From the NCBI GenBank assembly GCA_017428635.1, contig JAFRQK010000046.1, forward strand, positions 4,874 through 68,873: DNA of 64,000 nt, in the 5' to 3' direction. Within the stretch, counting starts at the first letter, position 1, and the number at the start of each line of letters is the position of its first letter. The stretch comes from Clostridia bacterium (GTDB lineage: Bacteria; Bacillota; Clostridia; Oscillospirales; CAG-272). The position numbers and the translations under genes were made by a program. Positions 1 to 9,483 of the stretch are shown one piece after another. The notes below the pieces were generated by a model, which was not told the origin of the DNA, made no database searches, and was given only the letters and a program-made list of their open reading frames with translations.

Positions 1-1206
1 CTGTCTGTCGCCCTCGAGCGTCGCGGCGAATTCGGGTTCGAACTCGCGTGCCCAGTCGAGGTATCCGTCGAGGACGTCCTCCGCCGTCATCACCGATATG
101 ACGTTCTTCGACACGTCGGTGAGTTTGGCGTAATCGAACAGCGCGCCTGCGGGATTGAGTTTCTTATACGAGAATTTGAAATCACCGATATCCGCCGTCG
201 GTTCCGCTCTGCGCCAGTCCTCGAAATTCGAGTTGAGGACGCCCATGAGGTATTCCTTGACGCTCGCGCGCGGGAAACCCGCCTCGCGGTAATAGGAGAG
301 CGAAAGCTCCGGGTCTTTTCTCTTCGAGAGTTTTCTCTTGGACGCGCCGTCCATCTTCATCAGCGGACCGATGTGCAGGTATTTCGGCGGCCGGAATCCG
401 AGCGCGCGGAAAAGCTGCAGGTGGAACGGCAGGGACGGAAGCCACTCGTCGCCCCGGACGACGTGCGTCGTGCGCATCAGGTGATCGTCGACGGCGTGAG
501 CGAAGTGATAGGTAGGGATCCCGTCGCTCTTCAAGAGAACGTGGTCGATATCGTTCTCCGTCAGGTCAAGTTTGCCCTTTACCAGATCGGTAAACGGTAT
601 TTTGTTTTCGATATTGCCTTCCGAGCGGAAGCGCAGCACCCACGGCTTGCCCGCGTCGATCGCCGATCTTATATCCTCGATCGGTCGGTCGCGCCAGATC
701 GCCCACTTGCCGAAATAGCCGAAATTCGCTTTTTCGGATTCCTGCTCGGCGTGGATCTGCGCGAGTTCATCCTCCGTGCAGAAGCAGGGGTAAGCCATGC
801 CTTCGAGGACGAGCTTTTTGGCGTATACGTGATAGATCGACGCCCTCTGACGCTGTCGGTACGGGCCGTAGTTCCCTTTTTCTCCGTCGGCGGTCACGCC
901 CTCGTCGAAGCCGATGCCGTATTCGCCGAGCCCCTGAAGGAGCATCTCGACGGCGCCCGGGACTTCTCTTTTGGCGTCGGTGTCTTCTATTCGCAGAAAA
1001 TGGACGCCTCCGCTCTGCGCGCACATCCTCTCGGAGATCGTTCCCTGAACGAGGTTCCCGAGATGCACGAAGCCGGTCGGAGACGGCGCCATACGCGAAA
1101 CGACGGCGCCCTCGGGCAGCTCTCTCGGCGGAAAACGCTCCTCGAGATCCTCGGGCGTGTCGCTCACGTTCGGAAACAAAAGGTCGGCAAGTACTGAATA
1201 GTCCAT
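1..1206 (-). CDS. gltX: Glutamate--tRNA ligase (partial; 3' end runs off the window)
   Basis: Manual minus-strand translation from ATG at 1206 gives MDYSVLADLLFPNVSDTPEDLEERFPPRELPEGAVVSRMAPSPTGFVHLGN, which contains the class I HIGH motif typical of GltX. The frame stays open to position 1. It is absent from the ORF track because it has no stop in the window. Confidence 0.85.
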   Translation of the reverse strand, partial: MDYSVLADLLFPNVSDTPEDLEERFPPRELPEGAVVSRMAPSPTGFVHLGNLVQGTISERMCAQSGGVHFLRIEDTDAKREVPGAVEMLLQGLGEYGIGFDEGVTADGEKGNYGPYRQRQRASIYHVYAKKLVLEGMAYPCFCTEDELAQIHAEQESEKANFGYFGKWAIWRDRPIEDIRSAIDAGKPWVLRFRSEGNIENKIPFTDLVKGKLDLTENDIDHVLLKSDGIPTYHFAHAVDDHLMRTTHVVRGDEWLPSLPFHLQLFRALGFRPPKYLHIGPLMKMDGASKRKLSKRKDPELSLSYYREAGFPRASVKEYLMGVLNSNFEDWRRAEPTADIGDFKFSYKKLNPAGALFDYAKLTDVSKNVISVMTAEDVLDGYLDWAREFEPEFAATLEGDRQ

Positions 1207-1823
1207 TACAGTTCTCCGTTCATATATGGATTGAATTTTAATACGTTTTCAAGAGTGTCCGAACCCTCGTGACCCGGATATACGGTCAGGGACGGGTCGA
1301 GTTTTTTCAGTATTTCGAGCGAGCGGAACAGCGCGGCGCGGTCGCCGCCCGGGAAGTCGCTCCTTCCGATCGAATCCGCGAAGAGCGTGTCGCCCGTGAC
1401 GACGAACGTATCGGCGAGGAAGCAGACCGAGCCCGGAGTGTGTCCGGGCGTCGAGATCACACGGACCGACTCTCCGCCGAGCGGGATCCCGTCGCCGTCT
1501 TTCAGCAGACGTTCGGCGGGAGCAAACTTTTTGCCCATTCCGAAAAATGTACGGAAAAGGCTCCTTTTGGGATCGGAAAGCGCGTCCGCTTCGTCTTCGT
1601 GTACGAGGAGCGGCGCGGAAAACGCGCGGCGCGTCTCGTCGAGCGTGAGGACGTGGTCGAAATGGCAATGGGTGAGAAGGATATACCGGACGTGCGCGCC
1701 GCCGAGCAGTTTTTCGACTTCTCTTACGGGCGCGGAGGGGTCGACTATCGCCGCCTCGTTCCCCGAGACGAGCAGATAGGAGTTTGCCGCCATCCCCTTC
1801 GTCGGGATCCGCTTTATTTCCAT
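1206..1823 (-). CDS. MBL-fold metallo-hydrolase (hydroxyacylglutathione hydrolase-like)
   Basis: 205 aa with the HCHFDH metal motif and a later PGHTPGS motif. Its stop overlaps the gltX start (TAATG). Confidence 0.85.
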   Translation of the reverse strand: MEIKRIPTKGMAANSYLLVSGNEAAIVDPSAPVREVEKLLGGAHVRYILLTHCHFDHVLTLDETRRAFSAPLLVHEDEADALSDPKRSLFRTFFGMGKKFAPAERLLKDGDGIPLGGESVRVISTPGHTPGSVCFLADTFVVTGDTLFADSIGRSDFPGGDRAALFRSLEILKKLDPSLTVYPGHEGSDTLENVLKFNPYMNGEL

Positions 1824-1909
1824 TTTCCGCCTCTTTATCCGTAATATACATATAGTAATACAGAATAAAGTATATCACAATACCCGCCCGGTGTCCATAG
1901 GAGATAACG

Positions 1910-2506
1910 ATGAAGACGCTTTTTTTGAAAAGGGCCGGAAGGAAGAGGCGGCTGAGGGTAAGGGCGGTCCTCGTCATCCTCGCCGCCGTTTTCATCCTCG
2001 GCGTGATCCTTTACGAAAGACTGTTCGACGGAAAGATCGAGGGGCCCGCTACGAATCTCGCCGTGACGACCGTCGAGAGGATGATCGCGGAAGCGGCGGC
2101 ACAGATCAGGGGGGACGGCGCGCAGGGCGGGGTCGGCGATTCCGTCGAGATCGATTCAGCCGAACTCAACGAAAAGCGAGAGACGTTCGAGGCGTCGCTT
2201 GAGGAGAAAATGAGGGAAAACGGAACGGTCAAAGTCAGAATACCGCTCGGAACGCTTATCGGAGGGCGGTTTTTGTCAGGTAAGGGTCCGAGGGTGCCGA
2301 CAAAAGTGTACTGCGACTACAAAACGGAGTGCGAGGTGAAGAGCGACCTGCTCTCGGTCGGGATAAATCAGACGATGTACACGGCGACGCTGACGGTCAG
2401 CGTTGACTGTACGCTCTATCTCGATACGGGCGTCAGGACGGTCACGGTGAAGGATGAGATCATACTCGAACAGATGATGTTCATCGGGGGCGTTCCTTTG
2501 GGATAA
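1910..2506 (+). CDS. yunB: Sporulation protein YunB-like
   Basis: 198 aa with an N-terminal TM segment. The C-terminal pattern (VKVRIPLGTLIGG...KSDLLSVGINQT...VPLG) is typical of YunB. AGGAGA SD upstream. Confidence 0.6.
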   Translation: MKTLFLKRAGRKRRLRVRAVLVILAAVFILGVILYERLFDGKIEGPATNLAVTTVERMIAEAAAQIRGDGAQGGVGDSVEIDSAELNEKRETFEASLEEKMRENGTVKVRIPLGTLIGGRFLSGKGPRVPTKVYCDYKTECEVKSDLLSVGINQTMYTATLTVSVDCTLYLDTGVRTVTVKDEIILEQMMFIGGVPLG

Positions 2507-2579
2507 AAATCAGGCAGGTTGATTTTGTCTTTTATATATGCTAAAATAAAAGGCGAAATCGATCGACCGGAGGCGCATA

Positions 2580-3122
2580 ATGGCTGAAAGGATAAAAAAG
2601 ACGTTCAGAGGATCGGTCCGCGGGTTCAAAAAGAAGGACGTAAACGGATATATCCTCGAGCTGTCGAGAAAATATACCGAAGTCGAAAACGAATACCGCG
2701 AGAGGATAGCGGAACTCGAAGAACGGAACGAAAAGCTCTCCGCACAGCTTAAAGAAGCACAGGCGCGCGCCGAGGAGGCCGAGGCGAGAGCGGACGCGGC
2801 GACCGAAGGCAAAGCCGCGCCGAAAGACGCCGAAAAAGCCGCGGAAGCGCTCTCTGAGATAAAAAAGATGCGTTCGCAGCTCAAAAAACGGGTCCGCGAA
2901 TTCGAGGACAAATATCACGACGTGCTTCCCGCGCCGAAGAAAGCAGAAAGCAAGCCCGCCGCGGCGGCCGAGGTCAAAAGCGCGCCGAGGCCGGAAAAGC
3001 CCGCGGTTCCTATCGGCGATTTCGATTCGTATCTCAAAGAATTCAGATCTTCCACGTCGGCGCTGTTCGAGGAGTTCGATAAAAAATACGGAACGAAGAT
3101 CTCGGGCGGTAGCGGAAAATGA
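2580..3122 (+). CDS. DivIVA-domain protein
   Basis: The N-terminus RGFKKKDVNGYILEL resembles the DivIVA GYxxxEVDxFL motif, followed by a coiled-coil, Ala/Glu/Lys-rich region. Confidence 0.6.
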   Translation: MAERIKKTFRGSVRGFKKKDVNGYILELSRKYTEVENEYRERIAELEERNEKLSAQLKEAQARAEEAEARADAATEGKAAPKDAEKAAEALSEIKKMRSQLKKRVREFEDKYHDVLPAPKKAESKPAAAAEVKSAPRPEKPAVPIGDFDSYLKEFRSSTSALFEEFDKKYGTKISGGSGK

Positions 3123-3655
3123 CGGGAAGTCTTCACGTTACGACAGACAGTTTCGCGGTGTGGTCGTCCTCCGTCAAAGCGGGCGATATGATCTTTCTTT
3201 CCGGGACGGTATTCACGGCTCGCGACGCCGCGCATAAAAGGATCTTCGCGGCGATCGAAGACGGCGACCCCCTTCCCTTCGACGTCAAGGGCGCATTCGT
3301 TTACTACGCGGGTCCGACGCCCGCAAAGGCGGGAATGCCCGTCGGGTCGTGCGGCCCCACGACGTCCTCGAGAATGGACGGATACGCGCCGACCCTTTAC
3401 CGCATGGGGCTTTCCGCAACGATAGGCAAGGGTCCGAGGAGCGAGGAAGTCAGGGAGGCGATAAGGGAGACCGGGGCGCTTTACCTCTGCGCCGTAGGCG
3501 GCGCGGGCGCGCTCGCGGCGAAGTGCATCACGTCCGTCGAGGTGATCGCGTACGACGATCTCGGATGCGAGTCTGTCAAAAAAATGACGGTCGCGGATCT
3601 GCCCCTGATCGTCGGGATAGACGCCGCCGGCAATTCCGCGTTTGCGGAGATATAA
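3119..3655 (+). CDS. Fe-S hydro-lyase beta-type subunit (class I fumarate hydratase / tartrate dehydratase beta)
   Basis: 178 aa containing LSGTVFTARDAAHKRI...GPTTSSRMD...IGKG, the characteristic beta-subunit signature. ATGA overlap with the upstream gene. No alpha subunit lies adjacent. Confidence 0.8.
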   Translation: MTGSLHVTTDSFAVWSSSVKAGDMIFLSGTVFTARDAAHKRIFAAIEDGDPLPFDVKGAFVYYAGPTPAKAGMPVGSCGPTTSSRMDGYAPTLYRMGLSATIGKGPRSEEVREAIRETGALYLCAVGGAGALAAKCITSVEVIAYDDLGCESVKKMTVADLPLIVGIDAAGNSAFAEI

Positions 3656-3681
3656 AAAACGTATAAAGTTTCAGCGAATAC

Positions 3682-3711
3682 AAAAAGGGCTGTCGGACGA
3701 CAGCCCTTTTT
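3682..3711. terminator. Bidirectional intrinsic terminator between convergent genes
   Basis: AAAAAGGGCTGTCGGACGACAGCCCTTTTT: a GC-rich hairpin flanked by A and T runs. Confidence 0.6.
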
Positions 3712-4294
3712 ATCCTCCGAACGAATAACCGTCGTTCGGTTTCGTTTTTATAAGCGGAAAGCCCGTCAGGGTTTTCGCTTTTTTGTTGATCCCGTAAACC
3801 GCGGTACGCACCGCGCCGTCGGAGACGGGACCGGGGAAACACGCGGCGGCGATCGCACCGGCCGGAAGATACCGGCCCGGATATACCGACAGAAGGCGGA
3901 CGATCAGTCGTTCCCTTTCGGTCAGCGGGAGCCGCCCGCCGAGGAAGACGCTGACGCCGTTTCTCTCGGCGTACGTCTTTGTGACGAAGTTGTCGAACCG
4001 GACGCCGCTTTTGATCTCGAGGACCTCGTCGATCCGCTCTTTTACCCTCAGCGATTCGCGCGCGGCGGCGCCGGGCGCGTCCGAGGCGAGCGCGGAACGG
4101 TCGGCGAGGACCGCGCGCTCGGGATCGGCGATCGGCGGGATCTCCCCGCCGTCGAAGACGACCGCCGCGAGAGCAGACGAGGACGCCTCACGGTCGGTCG
4201 GCGCGGCATAAAAAGCCGGGTATCCGAGCATAAGCAGAGATCCGCGCAGGACGCGGATCTCTTTTTCGTCTTTGTTGCCTATCAGGGCGATCAT
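3710..4294 (-). CDS. Winged-helix (OmpR/PhoB C-terminal type) DNA-binding protein with a degenerate receiver-like N-terminus
   Basis: The C-terminal part LTERERLIVRLL...AVRTAVYGINKK...GYSF resembles trans_reg_C. The start overlaps the stop of the upstream decarboxylase gene (ATGA). Confidence 0.5.
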   Translation of the reverse strand: MIALIGNKDEKEIRVLRGSLLMLGYPAFYAAPTDREASSSALAAVVFDGGEIPPIADPERAVLADRSALASDAPGAAARESLRVKERIDEVLEIKSGVRFDNFVTKTYAERNGVSVFLGGRLPLTERERLIVRLLSVYPGRYLPAGAIAAACFPGPVSDGAVRTAVYGINKKAKTLTGFPLIKTKPNDGYSFGG

Positions 4295-5688
4295 ACGGTA
4301 TGGACGGCGTTTTCGGGATCGCCGTGTTCGGCGTCGAGACCGTATTTCTTCGCTTTTCTGTACTCGAAGAACTTGAGCGCGACCTGATCGAACAGAGCGT
4401 ACGTCAGAACGTCCTCGTCCTGTTCGAGATACGGTCGAACCTCCTCGCTGAGGCGGTCAAGTTCGGGCTCTATCTTATCGGCGGGGCGATAGTCGATCGG
4501 CTCGGCGTCGCCGATGATCGAGCGGCGGAAGCCCTCGTCTATCTTTACGGGAGTTTTTCCGTACTCGCCCTTGACGAGACCGCGGAACTCCTTGGTGACC
4601 ATCTTGTACCTCTCGCCGGAGACGACGTTGAGGACCGCCTGCGTTCCGACGATCTGCGACGTCGGGGTGACGAGCGGCGGGAAACCCGCGTCCTCTCTGA
4701 CCTTCGGGACCTCGGCGAGCACTTCCTCGAGTTTTTCGCTCTGCCCCGCCTGTTTGAGCTGCGAGACGAGGTTAGAGAGCATACCGCCCGGGACCTGATA
4801 CATCAGACCTCTGACGTCGACCTTGAGGACCTTGGGATCGAGCTGACCGCTCTTGATATATTTCTCTCTTATCGGGGTGAAATACGACGCTATCCCGTTC
4901 AGCGCGTTGAGATCGAGCCCCGTGTCGTACTCCGTCCCTGCGAGGGACGCGACGATCGGCTCTGTCGGCGGCTGAGACGTGCCCATGGCGAACGGAGAGA
5001 TCGCCGTGTCGATGATATCGGCGCCCGCCTCCACGGACTTCAAAACCGTCATTGACGCGAGGCCGGTCGTGTAGTGGGTATGGACCTGGATCGGCACCTT
5101 GACGGTCTCTTTGAGCGCTTTTACGAGTTCGTACGCGGTGTACGGGGTGAGAAGACCCGCCATATCCTTGATACAGACGGAATCGGCGCCCATCTCTTCG
5201 AGTTCCTTCGCGTACGCGGCGAACGATTCGACCGAGTGGACCGGAGAGAGCGTGTAGCTCATCGCCGCCTGAACGTGGCCGCCCTCTTTCTTCGTCGCGT
5301 CGATCGCCGTTCTTAGGTTGCGGGCGTCGTTCAGCGCGTCGAAGATACGGATGACGTCGATACCGTTCGCGATCGACTTCTGAACGAAGTATCTCACGAC
5401 GTCGTCGGCGTAGTGGCGGTAGCCGAGGATATTCTGTCCGCGGAAGAGCATCTGAAGTTTCGTGTTCTTCACGCGGTCTCTTATTTTGCGAAGACGTTCC
5501 CACGGGTCCTCGTTGAGGAAGCGGATGCAGGCGTCGAAAGTTGCGCCCCCCCACGCCTCGAGGGAGTGGTATCCGATCTTATCCATCTTCTCGAGGATCG
5601 GGAGCATCTCGTCCGTCCTCATTCTCGTCGCGATAAGGGACTGGTGGGAGTCTCTCAATACCGTTTCGGTTATCTTTACTTTAGCCAT
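4291..5688 (-). CDS. Oxaloacetate decarboxylase alpha / 5S-type carboxyltransferase (no biotinyl domain)
   Basis: MAKVKITETVLRDSHQSLIATRMRT...EAWGGATFD is the classic HMGL-like carboxyltransferase N-terminus. At 465 aa it ends before any AMKM biotin domain. Confidence 0.85.
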   Translation of the reverse strand: MAKVKITETVLRDSHQSLIATRMRTDEMLPILEKMDKIGYHSLEAWGGATFDACIRFLNEDPWERLRKIRDRVKNTKLQMLFRGQNILGYRHYADDVVRYFVQKSIANGIDVIRIFDALNDARNLRTAIDATKKEGGHVQAAMSYTLSPVHSVESFAAYAKELEEMGADSVCIKDMAGLLTPYTAYELVKALKETVKVPIQVHTHYTTGLASMTVLKSVEAGADIIDTAISPFAMGTSQPPTEPIVASLAGTEYDTGLDLNALNGIASYFTPIREKYIKSGQLDPKVLKVDVRGLMYQVPGGMLSNLVSQLKQAGQSEKLEEVLAEVPKVREDAGFPPLVTPTSQIVGTQAVLNVVSGERYKMVTKEFRGLVKGEYGKTPVKIDEGFRRSIIGDAEPIDYRPADKIEPELDRLSEEVRPYLEQDEDVLTYALFDQVALKFFEYRKAKKYGLDAEHGDPENAVHTV

Positions 5689-5707
5689 AGTGTGACTCCT
5701 TTCGGTC

Positions 5708-6886
5708 TCACGCGAAGAACGTGAGGAATACGCCCGCGGCGACCGCGGATCCGATAACGCCCGCGACGTTCGGTCCCATCGCGTGCATCAAGAGGAAGTT
5801 CGACGGGTTTTCCTTCTGTCCCACGACCTGCGAGACGCGCGCCGCCATCGGAACGGCGGAAACGCCGGCCGACCCGATAAGCGGATTGATCTTGCCCTTC
5901 GTGAGCACGTACATGAGTTTGCCGAGGAGCAGTCCGCCGCACGTGGAGATCGCAAACGCGCAAAGGCCGAGAACGATGATGTAAAGAGTCGTCGGAGACA
6001 GGAAGTTCTCCGCGTTGGCGGTCGCTCCGACGGAGACGCCGAGAAAGATCGTGACGATGTTGATCAGTTCGTTCTGCGCCGTCTTCGACAGACGGTCCGT
6101 AACTCCGCACACGTTGAAAAGGTTTCCGAGCATCAAAAAGCCGACGAGCGGCGCGGCGCTCGGGACGATCAGGGTCACGACGAGCGTGACGAGGATCGGG
6201 AATACGACCTTTTCAAGCTTGGAGACGGGGCGCAGAGTCTTCATCACGACCGAGCGCTCTTTCTTCGTCGTGAGAAGTTTCATGAGCGGCGGCTGGATTA
6301 TCGGTATCAGCGCCATATAACTGTACGCCGCTATCGCTATCGCGCCGAGCAAGACGGGAGCGAGGATCTTCGTGACGAGGATCGCGGTCGGTCCGTCCGC
6401 GCCGCCTATGATGCCGATCGAAGCCGCGGCGTTGGGCGTGAAGCCGATGAAGATCGCGCCGGTGAAGGCGACGAAAACGCCGAGCTGCGCCGCCGCCCCG
6501 AGGAAGAGCGACTTGGGATTCGCTATCAGCGGCGAGAAGTCGGTCATCGCGCCGACGCCCATAAAGATCAGCGACGGATAGATGCCGAGTTTTACGCCGA
6601 GATAAAGGAAATCAAGCAGCGAGCCCTCGCTTATGACTGCCACGATGTCGACGTGATCCGCAAGGAAGAACTTTTCCATGTGGAACAGGTCGGCGCCGGG
6701 AAGGTTTGCGAGCAGCATTCCGAACGCGATCGGGAGCAGGAGCAGCGGCTCGAACCCCTTTTTGATCGCGAGGAAGAACAGCACGCCGATGATGACGTAC
6801 ATTATCAGAGTCTTTATCAGGTGCGCGGGATCGGAAACAAGCTGCGCTATGCCCGTAGACTCGAAAAAATCATATATAAACTGCAA
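5708..6886 (-). CDS. Na+-translocating decarboxylase beta subunit
   Basis: 392 aa polytopic membrane protein with OadB/GcdB/MmdB-like sequence throughout. Confidence 0.9.
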   Translation of the reverse strand: MQFIYDFFESTGIAQLVSDPAHLIKTLIMYVIIGVLFFLAIKKGFEPLLLLPIAFGMLLANLPGADLFHMEKFFLADHVDIVAVISEGSLLDFLYLGVKLGIYPSLIFMGVGAMTDFSPLIANPKSLFLGAAAQLGVFVAFTGAIFIGFTPNAAASIGIIGGADGPTAILVTKILAPVLLGAIAIAAYSYMALIPIIQPPLMKLLTTKKERSVVMKTLRPVSKLEKVVFPILVTLVVTLIVPSAAPLVGFLMLGNLFNVCGVTDRLSKTAQNELINIVTIFLGVSVGATANAENFLSPTTLYIIVLGLCAFAISTCGGLLLGKLMYVLTKGKINPLIGSAGVSAVPMAARVSQVVGQKENPSNFLLMHAMGPNVAGVIGSAVAAGVFLTFFA

Positions 6887-6916
6887 AGCAAAAACTCCTT
6901 TGAACAGTTTTCCCCG

Positions 6917-7282
6917 TTATGCGAGGGTGACGATCGCGTCTCCGGCGTTCACGGTCGCGCCCTGAGGCGCGTTGATCGCGACGACGGTGCCGCCTTCGGG
7001 CGCGAAGATCTCGTTTTCCATCTTCATCGCCTCAAGGATGCAGACGAGCGAATTCTTTTCGATCTTGTCGCCGACTTTGACGTTCATTTTGAGAACGGTA
7101 CCGGGCATCGGCGCCTTGACGGCGACGCCGCCGGCGGGCGCTTCCGCTTTCTTTTCGGGCGCGGGAGCGGGGGAGGCCGCGGGAGCGGACTCGGGCTTCG
7201 CTTCGACCGGAGCGGACCCCCGGATCTCTTCGACTTCTACTTCGTAAACGGTTCCGTTGACTTTAACGCTGTACTTTTTCAT
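6917..7282 (-). CDS. Biotin carboxyl carrier subunit
   Basis: 121 aa with an Ala/Pro linker and the biotinylation motif EAMKMENEI. Confidence 0.9.
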   Translation of the reverse strand: MKKYSVKVNGTVYEVEVEEIRGSAPVEAKPESAPAASPAPAPEKKAEAPAGGVAVKAPMPGTVLKMNVKVGDKIEKNSLVCILEAMKMENEIFAPEGGTVVAINAPQGATVNAGDAIVTLA

Positions 7283-7300
7283 ATCTGCTGATTCCTTTCG

Positions 7301-7696
7301 TTATCTGTTCTTCTTCCACGGGCGCGATACGCCGCGTTTTTCAAACGAGACGACCCTGAACGAGGACGGGGCAAAAGAGCCCTCCTCTTCCCTGTACGCC
7401 GTGATCGCGGCGGTGATCGCCGCCGCGAGCGCGCCGCCGTCTTCCGCCTCATCCTGCCCTTCGACGGGAGCGGGAGCGGCGGGGGCCGGCGCTTTTTTCT
7501 TTTTCGCCCTGTCCATGACAAGACGGAATACCGTGAGGAAAAACCAAATAATGAACAGGACGGCAAAGACCGTTCCCATTCCAATGAGGATCATTTTGAT
7601 TGAGAGCGACGCTTTCTCGGAGAACGACAGACCGTTGTTCAGAACGGAGTTGATGTCGCTCTCGGCGATGACCGCCGCGTTTATAAGCGCGTTCAT
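7301..7696 (-). CDS. OadG-family small membrane subunit
   Basis: 131 aa with a single TM helix followed by an Ala/Pro-rich tail, positioned between the carboxyltransferase and the carrier gene. Confidence 0.65.
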   Translation of the reverse strand: MNALINAAVIAESDINSVLNNGLSFSEKASLSIKMILIGMGTVFAVLFIIWFFLTVFRLVMDRAKKKKAPAPAAPAPVEGQDEAEDGGALAAAITAAITAYREEEGSFAPSSFRVVSFEKRGVSRPWKKNR

Positions 7697-7712
7697 TCCG
7701 TGCCCTCCGATC

Positions 7713-9218
7713 TCAGAGCGACGGGGTCGGGTGACGGCGCGCGTTCCACGCGCCGGACTTGCCGGACGTCATATAGATCGCGGAGCAGATACGCTGACGG
7801 ATCTCGCTCGGGGCTATGATCTCGTCGATCTCGCCGGAGGACGCCGCCTCGGCGGGGTTCGCCACGGTTTCGTCCCAGATCTTTTCAAGCTCCTCGCGGC
7901 TGACCTCCGCGGTGATATCTTTGTTTCTGAGGAACGCGACGGCGGCGGGCGCGGGCATCGCCGCGATCTTCGCCGATCCAAGCGCCATCACGACGTCGGC
8001 TCCGATCGCTTTGGAGGCGAGGACCGCGAACGCGGTGCCGTACGCCTCGCCCGTTATAAGCGTGACGAGAGGCGTCGACGCCGACGCGTAGGCGGCGGCG
8101 AGTTTCGCGAGACTCGACGCGTAAGGAGCGCTCTCCGCGTCGGCGGACTTTTCAAGGCCCGAGGAGTCGACGACGGTGAGGACGGGGATATTGAGCCCGT
8201 CGAAGAAGGACACGACGCGCGCCGCTTTCCTCGCGGCGTCCGATGTGAGAAGTCCTCCGCCCGCCGAGCCGTTCGACGCGACGACGCCGGTCGGCACTCC
8301 GCCGAACGAGCAGAGGCCCGTGACGATCTCGGGGGCGCACTCAGCGTAAAGCTCTATGAACTTGCCGTCGTCCGCGACGGAAGAAAGGAGCTCTTTCGGA
8401 TCGCGCGAGGCAAGATACGACGAGACGTCGACCGTTCTGTTCGCATCGTCGGGAGTGTCGATAAGAAGACCGCCGGACTCGTTGTTGTCGGGCAGGTACG
8501 GAAGAAGAGAACGAATCGCTTTCACGGCCGCGCCGTCGTCCGCGACCCTGCCGCAGACAGCGCCGGACGATGCGGAGAACTCCGCGCCGCCCGCTCCGTC
8601 CGTCAGGAACGGAGGAGAAACGGAGATCGAACCGTCCCCGTCGACGATGAGGGAGATATCGAACATGGAGGCGATCACCGCAGAAGCACCGGAGCAGTAA
8701 CCGGGAATGACGGCGATCTGCGGGACGACGCCCGACGCGCGGGAGGACGCCCTCATGATCCTGCCGTATCCGGCGAGCGCTCTGACGCCCTCGGGGATGA
8801 ACGCCCCGGAGCTGTCGAAGAAACCGACGACGGGAGCGCCGTTCTCGGCCGCGAGACGGTAGATCTCGCAGATCTTCTTGGCGTGCGCCTCGCTGACCGC
8901 GCCGCCCGTGCGGGAGAGGTCCTGCGAGAAGGCGAAGACGAGGCGGCCGCCGACGGAACCCCATCCGGTGATCACGCCCTCGAATTCGTCGGGTTTCTCC
9001 CCGTCGAACTCGCTCATCCTGCGTCTGACGAACGCGCCCGTTTCGGTAAACGTGCCCGCGTCGAAGAGCGCGGTGAGACGCTCTTTCGCCGAGAGTTTGC
9101 CCTCGGTGGGCGTAAATTCGTTTTCGGTCTGCGAGAGGAAATCACGGAACGCCCCGATCGTCATTCTGCCCGTTTTTTTCAGGGCGGACACGAGGCCGTT
9201 CAGATCGAAATTATCCAT
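7713..9218 (-). CDS. Acyl-CoA carboxyltransferase (methylmalonyl-/glutaconyl-CoA decarboxylase alpha type, 12S-like)
   Basis: 501 aa carboxyl_trans-domain sequence (GKLSAKERL...GVITGWGSVGGR...FSQDLSRTGGA...). Confidence 0.85.
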   Translation of the reverse strand: MDNFDLNGLVSALKKTGRMTIGAFRDFLSQTENEFTPTEGKLSAKERLTALFDAGTFTETGAFVRRRMSEFDGEKPDEFEGVITGWGSVGGRLVFAFSQDLSRTGGAVSEAHAKKICEIYRLAAENGAPVVGFFDSSGAFIPEGVRALAGYGRIMRASSRASGVVPQIAVIPGYCSGASAVIASMFDISLIVDGDGSISVSPPFLTDGAGGAEFSASSGAVCGRVADDGAAVKAIRSLLPYLPDNNESGGLLIDTPDDANRTVDVSSYLASRDPKELLSSVADDGKFIELYAECAPEIVTGLCSFGGVPTGVVASNGSAGGGLLTSDAARKAARVVSFFDGLNIPVLTVVDSSGLEKSADAESAPYASSLAKLAAAYASASTPLVTLITGEAYGTAFAVLASKAIGADVVMALGSAKIAAMPAPAAVAFLRNKDITAEVSREELEKIWDETVANPAEAASSGEIDEIIAPSEIRQRICSAIYMTSGKSGAWNARRHPTPSL

Positions 9219-9261
9219 TTGTTCTCTCTGCCTCCGTTTTTTGCGTTTATTATAATATTAT

Positions 9262-9290
9262 ATTATACATCGTAATGATGTTATTTGCAA
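9262..9290 (-). promoter_or_regulatory. Putative sigma-A promoter of the decarboxylase operon
   Basis: Minus strand reads TTGCAA-17 nt-TATAAT, about 45 nt upstream of the ATG at 9218. Confidence 0.4.
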
Positions 9291-9340
9291 GATTCAAAAG
9301 GAGCAAAAAAAAGCGCAAGCCCGAAAGCACGGTTTCGGGC

Positions 9341-9386
9341 AAAAAAAGACCTCTTATGCTGTTAAACATAAGAGGTCTTTTTTTTA
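9341..9386. terminator. Bidirectional intrinsic terminator downstream of cadA
   Basis: AAAAAAAGACCTCTTATG-loop-CATAAGAGGTCTTTTTTTT. Confidence 0.6.
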
Positions 9387-9483
9387 TTTTATGGAAGCCT
9401 TCTTCTCTTCTTTTTCCCGTTATAAAACGATCTGCGTTTAATATGTTATTTCACTTTCTTCAGCTATTGTCTGACCAACAAAC

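Noticed and set aside
7257-9275. 672-aa plus-strand ORF, and likewise 5783..7291, 14065..15384, 20741..22378, 36918..38504 and 373..1197
   Set aside because: All are antisense to well-supported genes (carboxyltransferase, beta subunit, purB, trpB2, E2, gltX). They have no motifs or SD and look like G+C-driven open frames.
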